Shown here in pieces: positions 35,806 to 46,959 of a stretch of DNA of 64,000 nt. Under the pieces are notes generated by a model. That model saw only the letters and a list, made by a program, of their open reading frames with translations, made no database searches and had not been told where the DNA came from. The first letter of the stretch is position 1; each line of letters begins with the position of its first letter. This DNA comes from Narcine bancroftii (lineage: Eukaryota): the NCBI RefSeq assembly GCF_036971445.1, contig NC_091477.1:4836001-4900000 (forward strand). The letters run 5' to 3'. A program made the translations under genes and the position numbers.

Positions 35806-38202
35806 ATGGCGACTGCAACCAGCAGCGCGATGCGCTTTATTTGCATGCTCTTTGTGTCGGCCCACGTTGCGGGACAAATTCGCTACTCAATTCCAGAGGA
35901 GCTGGATCACGGGACTTTTGTTGGAAATATAGCCGAGGAGTTAAAAATTAAGATTCGGGAACTGTCATCTCGAAAGCTTCGCCTGATTCCTGATGTCACG
36001 AGAAAATATTTGGCGTTAAACCTACAAAGTGGGATTTTGTTTGTCAATGAAAGGATCGACAGGGATCAGCTTTGTGGCCAGAGCTCTTTCTGTTCTATTT
36101 CTTATAAAATTGCCCTCGATAACCCTCTGGAAATGCATAGTGTTGTCGTGGAAATAACGGATGTCAACGACAATTCACCGAGCTTTTCTAAATATGATTT
36201 TACTTTGCGGATTTCTGAGTTAATTGCTTCAGGAACACGCTTCCCGCTAGAGTCCGCACAAGATTCTGATGTGGGCACAAATACCATTAGCTCTTACCAG
36301 ATCAACCCAAATGAAAACTTCGATCTCAAAGTGCAGAAAAGAAGCAACGGGGATATAATTGCTGAATTGTCACTGAGGAAATCGTTAGACCGTGAGCAAC
36401 AGTCAACGTTTCATCTTGTACTTATGGCCGTTGATGGTGGGATTCCGCAGAGAACCGGCACTGCTCAACTCATTGTCAGTGTAGTAGACGTGAATGATAA
36501 TGTTCCTGTGTTCGACCATGAATTATACCGAGCTAAAATTCAGGAAAACGCTCTCAAAGGTACGTTAGTGACGCGAGTTAGTGCTGTTGATTTAGATGAA
36601 GGTACAAATGCTGAGTTAATCTATTCTTTCACGAGTCATACCTCACAAACGACTCAGGAATTGTTCAACGTAGACCTGGAAACAGGAGAGATCAGAGTTG
36701 AAGGAATACTAGATTTCGAACAGTGCAATATTTATGAGCTTGGTGTGGAAGCTATGGATAAAGGTCCATATGCACTTTCAGGGCACACGAAAATTATGGT
36801 TGAATTAATTGACTTGAATGATAATATCCCCGAGATACAGGTGACGTCCTTATCCAGTACAGTATCTGAGGATGCGCAGATTGGAACTGCATTAGCCGCA
36901 ATTAGTGTAAATGATCCGGATTCTGGTGAAAATGGGCATGTGCGGTGCGATGTTGATCGGAACCTTCCATTTAAGCTCCAGCAGGTTTTACTCAACAACT
37001 ATAATTTGGTGACTAAAGATACATTGGATCGTGAAACAGTTTCACAATATAACATTTCTATAATCGCCTCAGACAGAGGGACTCCGCCTCTTTCAACGCG
37101 TAAACACATTACAATCACTGTCTCCGACATAAATGATAACGCACCAAAATTTGCACAAGCCTCATACAACGTGTTTTTGACGGAGAACAACACACCCGGG
37201 GTTTCCATATTTGCTGTAACCGCTGTTGATACAGATTTGGATCCGAATGCAGAACTATCATATTCAGTCATGGATACTCAGATACAAGACGCATCACTAA
37301 CTTCATTTATTACAATTAACTCTGAGAGTGGAATCCTTTTCGCTGTGCGGTCGTTTGACTACGAAAAACTGAAGAAATTCGAGATTAAAGTACAAGCTCA
37401 AGATGCAGGATTCCCTAAGCTGAGCAGCACTACCATTGTGAACATTATTATTTTAGACCAAAACGATAATGCACCAGTTATCGCTTCACCTTTATTGAAG
37501 AACAATGCAGCATTCCTGGAGATTGAGCGCAGCCTACTCTATCCAGGATACTTGGTCACTAAGATAATCGCAACCGATGCGGATTCAGGGCAAAACATGC
37601 GGCTTTCCTTCCAAATTTCGGAGAGCACCTATCCGAATCTCTTCGATGTGGGTCTACAATCTGGGGAAATTAAGATTATCCGAAATTTTAATAATGAAGA
37701 CTCCGCCATTCAACAGATAGTCGTCCTGGTTAAGGATAACGGACAGCCGAGCCTTTCTTGCACGGCCACTCTCGTTGTATCAGTATTGGGTAATATCACT
37801 GAAAGAAATGTGCGTAAATTGCCACAAGCCGGAAAATTTAGCCAGTTTTCTGAACTGAATGTTTATTTAATTATCATATTTGGATCTACTTCATTCATTT
37901 TTCTTACCATCATAATTTTGCTGCTTGCACTAAAATGCAAGCAAAGTAGCGATGACAGCTTTGGAGAGAACAGATGTTGCCTTCCTTGCAGAAACCGGGC
38001 TTCGCGAAATCATTTTGATCGAGCAGCTGTTCGGCAAGAAATGGTAAATTGTAGTGGAGTAACTCCGACGCTTCCCATCACGGAAACCTATTATCATCCC
38101 TCGCGTGTATCTTCAGAATCTTTTAAAAGTGATTTTTTATTCCTACAACCAACAATGCCGGTAAATGATGGCCATGCTCGTAGTACAATAGTCAGAAAAT
38201 GA
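35806..38202 (+). CDS. Clustered protocadherin C (~798 aa)
   Basis: ATG in CAATGGCG context at 35806. QIRYSIPEE, CGQSSFC, six cadherin repeats, TM, KSDFLFLQP. Confidence 0.95.
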   Translation: MATATSSAMRFICMLFVSAHVAGQIRYSIPEELDHGTFVGNIAEELKIKIRELSSRKLRLIPDVTRKYLALNLQSGILFVNERIDRDQLCGQSSFCSISYKIALDNPLEMHSVVVEITDVNDNSPSFSKYDFTLRISELIASGTRFPLESAQDSDVGTNTISSYQINPNENFDLKVQKRSNGDIIAELSLRKSLDREQQSTFHLVLMAVDGGIPQRTGTAQLIVSVVDVNDNVPVFDHELYRAKIQENALKGTLVTRVSAVDLDEGTNAELIYSFTSHTSQTTQELFNVDLETGEIRVEGILDFEQCNIYELGVEAMDKGPYALSGHTKIMVELIDLNDNIPEIQVTSLSSTVSEDAQIGTALAAISVNDPDSGENGHVRCDVDRNLPFKLQQVLLNNYNLVTKDTLDRETVSQYNISIIASDRGTPPLSTRKHITITVSDINDNAPKFAQASYNVFLTENNTPGVSIFAVTAVDTDLDPNAELSYSVMDTQIQDASLTSFITINSESGILFAVRSFDYEKLKKFEIKVQAQDAGFPKLSSTTIVNIIILDQNDNAPVIASPLLKNNAAFLEIERSLLYPGYLVTKIIATDADSGQNMRLSFQISESTYPNLFDVGLQSGEIKIIRNFNNEDSAIQQIVVLVKDNGQPSLSCTATLVVSVLGNITERNVRKLPQAGKFSQFSELNVYLIIIFGSTSFIFLTIIILLLALKCKQSSDDSFGENRCCLPCRNRASRNHFDRAAVRQEMVNCSGVTPTLPITETYYHPSRVSSESFKSDFLFLQPTMPVNDGHARSTIVRK

Positions 38203-38792
38203 CATGCATAACAGTTTCTAGTGTAAGTAGTTTGTAAAATGTATATATCCTACAGTTGTGACCAAAGATCATTCATCCAAACCAGTTAATGACCATAACT
38301 ACTTACCTTATAAGAACACTGCATGTTTACAACATGTCCATTTTTTTTCCGGAGAAAAAAAACATACATAACAGACATTGTTATGTCGTCAAATTTTGAA
38401 GTGTGTCACGTTTTGAATTAATGAGTACAGTAAATATCACTAGAGAACCTATTGGTTGTTTAGGATATGGTAACTTAAGGTTCATAGTTTTAAATTAATT
38501 AAAAGTAGCTTTAAAAAATGTGCTTTCTTCCAGCATATTTTCCATGTAAGTATTTGTCATACAGTAGATGAATAATTTTGTGTAAGTAGCATAAGATGGT
38601 TTTTTTTTTATATACGTGGAGCAGGTAATCATTAGATAAATTATATATACAACTAATGAAAGTTATGTTCTATGTCATTGTCCATTTAATTTCCATCTTC
38701 TATTCGTAAATTTGTAAATTCTATTATTACGAATGCCAAATAAGAGCATTTGTTTTGTGGAGACACAATAAATTCACTTCCAAGCTTTAGAC

Positions 38793-39151
38793 CAGTGGTT
38801 TTCAAACATCTTCTTTCCATTCACATACCATTTTAAGTAATCCCTATGTTATAGGTTCTCTGTGATTAATCAGGGATTGCTGAAGGTGGTATGTGATTGG
38901 AAATAATAACTTTGAAAACCACTGTTTTAATCGTACCTAATTAACTCGTTATGTGCACAGTTTCGTAACTCCAAAGGAAATGAGCAAATGACAATTTTTC
39001 TCAAGCCAAATATTTCAGTAACAATTGGGTCTAGAGCAGTGGTTCTCAACATCTGTTCCCTCACTCTCACATCCCTTGCTATTCACAGCGCGCCTATGGC
39101 AAATGGATGACTTAAGGTGATGTGAGTAGAAAGAAAAACTGAAGACCACTA
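38793..39151. mobile_element. Non-autonomous hAT (Charlie-like) element made of two MITE units; 8-bp TSD CTTTAGAC
   Basis: CAGTGGTTTTCAAA...TTTGAAAACCACTG (38793-38924) and CAGTGGTTCTCAA...TGAAGACCACTA (39037-39151). CTTTAGAC at 38785-38792 and 39152-39159. Confidence 0.85.
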
Positions 39152-40135
39152 CTTTAGACAATAAAATGAAACATGATGTTGCTCTGAGCAAACAGGACGA
39201 ATCATGGGATAGTTGGGAAAAATGTCCAAGTTGTATGACTGCCAATAAAATATGTTTAAATAAACCACAATTGGCTCTTTAGTAACAGTGCGTCTATATC
39301 CCAGAAAATACGGAGTAGTGCATCCAGAAAATTAATTGTTGACAGAGGAAGTACAAACTATTGAACATTTATATATTTTAAACATAGATGATGTTTTATC
39401 CAATTATACATAATGTATCAATTAATATTAGCATATAAAATTAAAATGATCATTTATGCTTTTATCAAATTAAAAATGTGAACTTAATTCTATCTTTTAT
39501 CTCAGGTAAACTATATTTTGAACATTGTAATGAATCCATCATTGCAGACAAAATGCAGTCCGCTTAGTTATCTATGTGACTTGATAACCCACATAATAAA
39601 CCTCTTGTGGTTATGTTCTTCATAGAAATGCTATTCATTGGACATCAATCTTTTATTTCCATGAGAGTGGTGTTTGAAATATTGCAGTCAATAGTTCTGA
39701 AATAAAAAAATGTAACTCAGTGAGTCAGCTGGCAGAAGAAAAAGAATATTATTTGATCGAATTTGATTGTAGTGCTGAGGGTTTCCTGCATTTTTTTTTA
39801 TTTTGGTGTTAGATATACAGAATGTGTAGCTCTTAGGGTTTTTTTTTTGTATTAAATATATAATACATTACTTCTGCAGAACAAGGATTGTTAAATCTTA
39901 AATATAAATATTAGATCATTTTTCAATGAGGACAGTGCACGAGGTGAACTTGGTGGTGTTCTCACGTGCTTTCTGTCCAGTCTTTGTAGACCCAAAGATC
40001 GAAGGTTTAGTATGGACTGTTCAATGTGCCTCACTCTGTCTTCTTCAAGGAATAAAACACATAAGCATGACTTTACCAGAATGATTTTACCGGACATTGG
40101 CCAAGCACGTGACAGTGGACGTATCTACTCAAGCT

Positions 40136-40975
40136 AGAACAGTATAGGCCCTCGGCCCTCGATGTTGTGCGATCCACATATATTTTCCTTAAAATACTAA
40201 ACCCTCCCTACTCTGTGTTACGGAATACGTTAATACAATTATGGAATTAAAATTATCTTAAAATGGTATAGATTTTGCGGCTTTAGTTTAGGCCACACTT
40301 CATAAACAATCATCGCATTTGGAATGCAAAAATCGGTGCAGGTGGAACCTTCAAGTCTACAATGACTTTACAGAAACCACAACAAGTGTCATATGTTAGT
40401 TGGACTGATGTTGTAGAATTGAAATGGAATATTGTTTGTAAAGGAACAGCATGTTTGAACAGAAATCAAGGTGCAGAAACTGATCAATCTTTTATTGCTA
40501 AACTGCAGCCAGCGATTCAAATTTCTGGTTGAAGGCTGCCGTTCAAAGATAAGTCATGCTGATTTGCAAACAAAGTGAGAAAAGAATATGCCATTATTTG
40601 GGTAGAGAGAGGGAAACAGTCATTTTACTGAAGCAGTTGATGCTGAAGACTGCAAGTTTGCAGACCTGCTGGAGGACCCCATTTCAAGTCGGGTTTTGAG
40701 TTCCGAGTTCAACTTATTATAAATCTCTGTAGTAATTTACAGAGTTTCTGGTCTCTTCCAGACCAGGCACCTTCCTGGTTAATCTCCTCTGCATCACATA
40801 GCTTCCATATCCTTCCAGTAATCAGGTAACCAGAAATGAGCACAATACTCGAAGTGTATCTCACTAAAGATTTGTAGATTTGCAAAATGACCTCTCCATT
40901 TCTGAGCTCAATCCCCTTATTAATGTCCCATATGCATTTTCAACCTATACGGCGATCTTCAGGGATGTATGAAGC
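40136..40975. mobile_element. Minus-strand CR1 3' fragment interrupted by a partial LTR-like repeat (~40217-40745)
   Basis: ggccctcggccctcgatgttgtgc and ccagaaatgagcacaatactc match the CR1 at 44410-45130. The insert begins TGTTAC and resembles the 5' part of the 13020 and 45447 elements. Confidence 0.55.
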
Positions 40976-41949
40976 AGATAGTATATGAAATTCGAAAGTG
41001 TGCTGTCGTAAATCTTGACTTTAATTGGTAGAGACCATTACGTTATTTTCATAATATGTGGAACACATTCACTGATTAAGACCATTTCGGTCCGGTGAAG
41101 GTTAAAGGAATGACATGCCAGGCAGTTTGAGGAGAGGTGATCGTTTTCTGTATTTACGATCGTAATTCTTTGATTCTAATTTTTCCTGAGAGTTACCCTA
41201 GCGTGAACACCTCTGGTGAAAAAGGCTCATAACAGGCTGCGTAAGCTGGCGACTCTTCTGGAGATTAGATTTCTGGGAAAAACGTATGTAAACTGAAACA
41301 GGTCACGTGAACATTTTATTAACTGATATGCGATATCAAACAGCCACTGGGAAATCGATGCAGAAGACTGTTGGTCCATAACACAGCTCAACTGATCGCC
41401 TGCATGGATGCTATAGAGATGAATATTTAGCCTCCAATAATCACACCAAACTTCTATTGCACTTGCGATCAAATTTACACGCTTTTCACAATGTCTTTAA
41501 AATTAACATATTTTAGAATCTATGTATGATAAATAAACCTTCAGATTTAAAAGTATTTCAGGGGTCAGCGAACGATCCAATCCATCGTGTTGCTAGACTT
41601 CAGCAGTTGCCTTCTCAGTCTTTAAATTTTCGCAGCAGACCTTTAAAAAAAAACGCAGTTTTTGCACTTGTATTGAAACAATTTAGACAGAGACGTTGTT
41701 TTACTTGGGTTCAGGTGAAGTTAGAATGGCGGAGGAGATTTAATTGAAAATAAATATATATATTTTAAAACAAATGGTCTATAATCACTTAAACATGACC
41801 ATACATTGCTTGAATCATGAACTTTGGAAAATTTAATTCCCGTCGGGGACAGCGAAAGTTCGACTGTGATCGAGAAGAGGGGCATTTACAAAGCAGTGCA
41901 AGAGGTAAGTGCCTGTTTAAATATTTCCAGTAACAAATTACCCATAACT

Positions 41950-44075
41950 AATTACAGGAAAGGAAGGTCAAGTGGAGCAGCCGTTGTGGAGCGGCCAGTG
42001 TTAGAGTGGCCCATTGTAGGAGTGGGAATCGGAGACTTTCACTCTAGAGGCTTCGACGAAAGGAAGCTGAGGTCATGGTGCTGGAGTTATCGACGAATCT
42101 TTCTTACTCTTTCATTTTATTGGAGGCAGTGGAAATCCAGTGCAAGAATCTGTTCCTCTTATAGAATATGGATAGTCAAGGAGCTGGCAGTACCCCTGAC
42201 GGCTTCATCTGAGAGGTGTGTTCAACTGCAGCCCCATATAGACCGTGTTACCGAATTAGAACAGGAGTTGAATGAACTCCAGATCATTCAGGAGGCTGAG
42301 GGGGCAATAGACAGGAGTTTCAGGGACGCCATCACACCTAGGAGGAAGGAAGAAGTTAGCTGGGTGACAATCAGGAGAGGGAAAGGGAACGGTGAAAGTG
42401 CGATGTGCGCCTACGGCCATTGCTCTCAGCAACAAGTATACTCCTTTGGATACTGCTGAAAGGCAAAGCATCCGCCAGAACAATAGCTCTGTGGTCGGCC
42501 AAGGGAAGGGAGAATTCAGGCGATAGTCATAGGGGACTCAATCATCAGGGAAACAGATGGAGATTCTTCACCTTCACTTGTCTTCCAAGTACTCGGGTCA
42601 AAGATGGTCTGAGCGGGTGCAGAATATTCTTAACGGGGAACGTCAGCAGCCATAGGGCGTGGTATATGCTGGTACGAATGACATAAGCAGGAGTCAGTTA
42701 GAAGTCATGTAAAGTATGTTTAGGGAGTAGGAAAGAGGCAGAAGAATAGTTCCTGCAAGATGGTAATCACTGGATTATCCCCAGTGCCACGAGCTGGGGA
42801 AAGTTAGAACAGAAGATAGTCCAGACAAAGTGTGCGTGATGAGGTCGTGCAGGAGACAAGATTTCTAATCCTTGGATCATTGGTATCTGTTCTGTGGAAG
42901 GGGTGACCTGTACAATTGGGACGAGTTGCACCTGGACTCGAGGGGAACCGATATCCTGGCAGGGAGGTTTGATAATGGTGTTGGCGTGGGGTTAACCTAG
43001 ATTCACAGGAGGTGTGGGAACCAAAGGAAAGGGGCAGAGAAAGAGGCGGTTGGTGCACAGGTAGGGGTAGCTGCATGGAATCTGTGTGGAAGAAAGAGCA
43101 GATAGGGAAATATTGCAGCCATTAGGGTGAATTGCAATGCTACAGGGGCACCGTTACAAACAATAACAAATACAAGGCTAAAGGTTTTGTATTTAAAAGC
43201 GCATAGCATAAGAAATAATTTGATGGCATTGTTGTACAGCTCGAGATTGTCAGGTATGGTGTTGAGGCCATCACGAATCGGAGCTAAAGGGTGGATGCTA
43301 TGGAAGCTATATATTGTAGCGAAAGGACAGATAGATAGACAAAAGGGGTGGCGTGACTGTTGATAAGAAGTAGCATTAAATTATTAGAAAGCGGTGACAT
43401 AGGATCAGAAGATATATAAACATTTGGGTCCAGTTAAGAAAGGGCAAATGTATAAGGAAAGTGTTGCCAATTATATACAGACCTCCGAACAGTACCCAGA
43501 ATGTGGACTATACTTTTCATCCCAAATTTAAAAAAATGGTGTCTCAGAAGGGCAATATTATGGTAGTCATGGGGATTTTAACATCAAATAGATTGGGAAA
43601 ACAGGTTTGGGATTGGATCGTAAGAGAGAGGGTATGTTGAATGCCAATTTTGCATCCCTATCTCATGATCTTCTGGTCCAAATGTGCGATCATGCATTTT
43701 GTGATCTAATAATGGGTATCACCTATACAGTGATGTGCAGGGCTATGTGGAGTATGTTTGAGCAGAGATTTCTTTGAGTATAGGTGCATAGTACCGTAAA
43801 CGTAGAGTTACAGGTTGCTCGTGTGGTCCAAAAGGCTTTCGGCACAATTGCTTTCATCAGTCAGAGTATTGCGAGTTGACGTTGTGAGGTCATGTTGTAG
43901 TTGCCTAAGAAGTTAGTGAGGCCCCAATGGTGTATTGTGTTCGGTTTTGTCCTATGCGACAGGAATGACGCTGTAAAGACGAGAAGGATGTTTACAGCAG
44001 TTACGGGACTGGGCTGCAAAGAGAGGTCAAGTAGGCTTGAATTTTATTCCTTAGAGCTCAGGCAGACGGAGTGTG
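41950..44075 (+). mobile_element. Decayed CR1 LINE: ORF1 (zinc finger, coiled coil, SGNH esterase), start of ORF2, internal deletion, ORF2 3' part
   Basis: CSSY...RCVQLQ...RVTELEQEL; esterase blocks IVIGDSIIR, CLPS, GTNDI, ELHL; endonuclease start LKVLYLKAHSIRN; YRPPN; then a jump to KCAIMHF and LVRP. Confidence 0.85.
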
Positions 44076-44409
44076 ATGTGCATGCAGTGCATCGATTAAT
44101 CCTCACCCTTCTAAACTCCAGCAACCATCGTCACAGAACCATCAAATACTTTAGGTATGATAAACATTTCAGCCCATGATTTATTCAATTGAAACGCCTC
44201 TGGACCCTTTGCGACGCCGACACATCCTGCAATTGCGGACTGGCCAATGCTTTATGAATCTCGACAGTGCACCTCTGATTTTATATTCTCTCCTTCCCTT
44301 CCAGATCCATTCCTTTCTGACATGTTTGTCCATGGTTTCATGCAGTGCCAGACTGAGTTCACTCTCAAATTAAAGGAACCACACCTCACATTTTGTTTTT
44401 AAACATTAA

Positions 44410-45130
44410 ATAATTACAGCACTGTACTGGCCCTTCGGCCCTCCATACTGTGCTGAACCATATAAAAGTGCTAACCCCACCCTACCCTATAATCCTCTAC
44501 TTACCTTTCGTCCATGTGCCTATCTAATAGTCTTTTAGTCTTTTAAAGGCCCCTAATGTTTCAGCCTATACCACCATTTCTGGCAAGGCATTCCAGGTCT
44601 CAACAACTCACTGTGTAAACAACTTACCCCTGATGTCTCTCCTGTACTTCCTTCACTTAATCTTATACATATATCCTCTAGTGGTTGTTATTCCCACCCT
44701 GGGAAACAAGTATTGGCTGTCCAACCTATATATGCCCCTTATAATTTTGCAGACCTCAAATCCCTTCTTATCCTTCTATGCTCCAAGGAGAAAAGTCCCA
44801 GGTTTGCCAACCTTGTCTCATAAGACATGCCCTCTAATCCAGGCAACATTCTGGTAAATCTCCTCTGTACCTTTTCCATAGGCTCCACATCCTTCCTATA
44901 ATGAGGCAATCAGAACTGGACACAATACTCCAAATGTGGTCTCACCAGAGGCTTGTAAAGCTGCAACATGACTTCTCTACTCTTATACATAAATCCGCTT
45001 ATTAATGAACTATCCTATCAACATGAGCAACTAAGTTGAGGGATGTATGCACATGAACCCCAAGATCCCTCTGTTTATCCATGTGATCGTTAATCCTGTA
45101 CTTGGCTTTTTGAGTTGTCTTGCCAATTAC
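44410..45130 (-). mobile_element. CR1 LINE 3' fragment
   Basis: Minus-strand QRDLGVHVHTSL; cagaactggacacaatactccaaatgtggtctcaccag encodes LVRPHLEYCVQF. Confidence 0.8.
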
Positions 45131-45773
45131 ATCGATTTCTCTGGTTTCCATTACCCCACTCCATGTTCCCTTTCCTTGGGCTTTCTCTCTCACTCTCTCC
45201 CCCCTCTCTTCCATTTTTCCTGTCACTTTACACAAAGCTAATATCTATCCCTCCGCCGATCAATGATCACCTTTCCTCTCTCCTGTCCTCTCATTATATC
45301 AAACTAACACATTGTTGGTCTACACTCCTCCTCCTATTCACCAACATTTTAATGTAGGTCGCTTACTTGCTTTTTGCTCATTTCTTGAGGATGGGATCAG
45401 AACCAAAATGTTGATAATATATATTTACATCCTCTGGACACTGTATTGTAATGGATAAAGTTTGGGAGAATTTGGTAAGATTTAGAGTAGGTTACATGCA
45501 TAAGCACATTTTAAAACAGATCTTATGTGAAATACTGAAAAAATCATATTCAATAACATTGCAGAATCTTTGGAGACTTTTATGCACATTTCACAAGTAG
45601 GTGAAATTGAAATGATGTCATGAAATGAATAGCCATTGTTTGCAGGAGACAAAATGGCTGTTAAAAAAAGTACTTACAGTGTGCTTACAGAAAGGTCACT
45701 CCTGGGTTTTGTTTATCTAAGACAACATCTTTGCTGAAGAAGGTGTGGGTTTTGCAAGTGAGAGCGTCACATG

Positions 45774-45917
45774 NNNNNNNNNNNNNNNNNNNNNNNNNNN
45801 NNNNNNNNNNNNNNNNNNNNNNNNNNNNNNNNNNNNNNNNNNNNNNNNNNNNNNNNNNNNNNNNNNNNNNNNNNNNNNNNNNNNNNNNNNNNNNNNNNNN
45901 NNNNNNNNNNNNNNNNN
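45774..45917. other. Assembly gap (N run)
   Basis: Run of N. Confidence 1.
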
Positions 45918-46089
45918 TCAGCTAGTGTGGGTGACACTGAAAAGAGACTGAACAGTCATGGCTGAAACAGCCAGAAAGGGCTGATTGGAAGCTAAGTTCC
46001 AAATCAGTCGATGGCTGAAAATGCTATCTATCTGATGTTTCTCTTGGAATAACGAGAACAGAAAGGAACTCTATGGTAGTCTGAAGAAA

Positions 46090-46202
46090 GACATAAGCAG
46101 GAGTCAGGTAGAAGTCATATAAAGTATGTTTAGGGAATAAGAAAGAGGCTGAAGAATAGTTCCTGCAAGATGGTAATCTCTGGATTATCCCCAGTGCACG
46201 AG
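46090..46202 (+). repeat. ~113-bp direct copy of 42680-42793
   Basis: gacataagcaggagtcag...ggattatccccagtgc is present at both sites with ~8 differences. Confidence 0.95.
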
Positions 46203-46699
46203 ATCTGGAAAACCCTGATGGGGCAAGTTTAATGAGCGAGACCTTGAGGTGACTAATGGTGGTACCTCATTGTGGAAATCCTGGAAAAACAAATCTCTCT
46301 CTGCAAACCCTACAAGAACCTTGCTGAGTGGTAAACATTTACTTTTCGAGCATCAAAGCCTGGTGTACTTTATACATGTTAAATTTTGTGCACAGTATAA
46401 GAATTGCCTGCATCCAGAGAACTTGGAAGAAGGAGAAGTGAGATTGAACTGTGAACCAAAGAATTTTTCTTAAAATTTACACACACATACACGTGCACTT
46501 AGAATTAGAAGGGGGTTAATTTGGGTTAGTTAAGTATAGAGATAAGTTAAAGTTTGATTCTGTTTTCATGTTTAAAGTTGATTAAAAACAACTTTTGTTT
46601 TAAAAACCACTTGTCTTAGCTGCTGGGTCCTTTGGGCTCGTAACATTTTTTCTGTTTCTAGTGTCAGAGACTTTATCGCTGCCTCTGTGCCCTGGTAGA

Positions 46700-46959
46700 T
46701 TTTACCTGAAAGTTTTCAAAGTGGTATACTAATTAATGGGGGGAATTGCCACAGGATGCTCTGGCCACTCACTTTTGCTTTCGATCTCCAAGCAGTCACC
46801 TACCTCTGCAGCAGGGCTGTCTCCCTGTAGCCCTAATCTATTAACTCCACATTCTCCATGCCAGCTGAAGTTCCTCCAGCTGCAATTCCAGTTAACTTAC
46901 ACAGTCTATAAGGAGCTGCATCTCCATACACCGCACAGATATAGCTATCAAGGAGATTG
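46700..46959 (-). mobile_element. CR1 ORF1 fragment that served as the L1 target (continues at 52964-53010)
   Basis: Reverse complement reads SYICAVYGDAAP / QLLIDCVS.LELQLEELQL, like 42200-42290. The upstream part lies on the far side of the L1. Confidence 0.65.

Larger units (their letters stand above)
45447..46645. mobile_element. Solo LTR-like repeat (TGTAA...TAACA) spanning an assembly gap
   Basis: TG...CA termini; homologous to 13020-14008; no clear TSD. Confidence 0.65.

Noticed and set aside
9250-37271. Short antisense ORFs inside protocadherin exons
   Set aside because: Shadow ORFs from codon structure, with no independent protein features.
38222-38590. GTAAGT donor-like hexamers after gene C
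   Set aside because: All lie downstream of the stop codon in AT-rich DNA, so they cannot join the ORF to a constant exon.
41824-42459. 211-aa ORF as a novel gene
   Set aside because: Read-through of a decayed CR1 5' region and ORF1.
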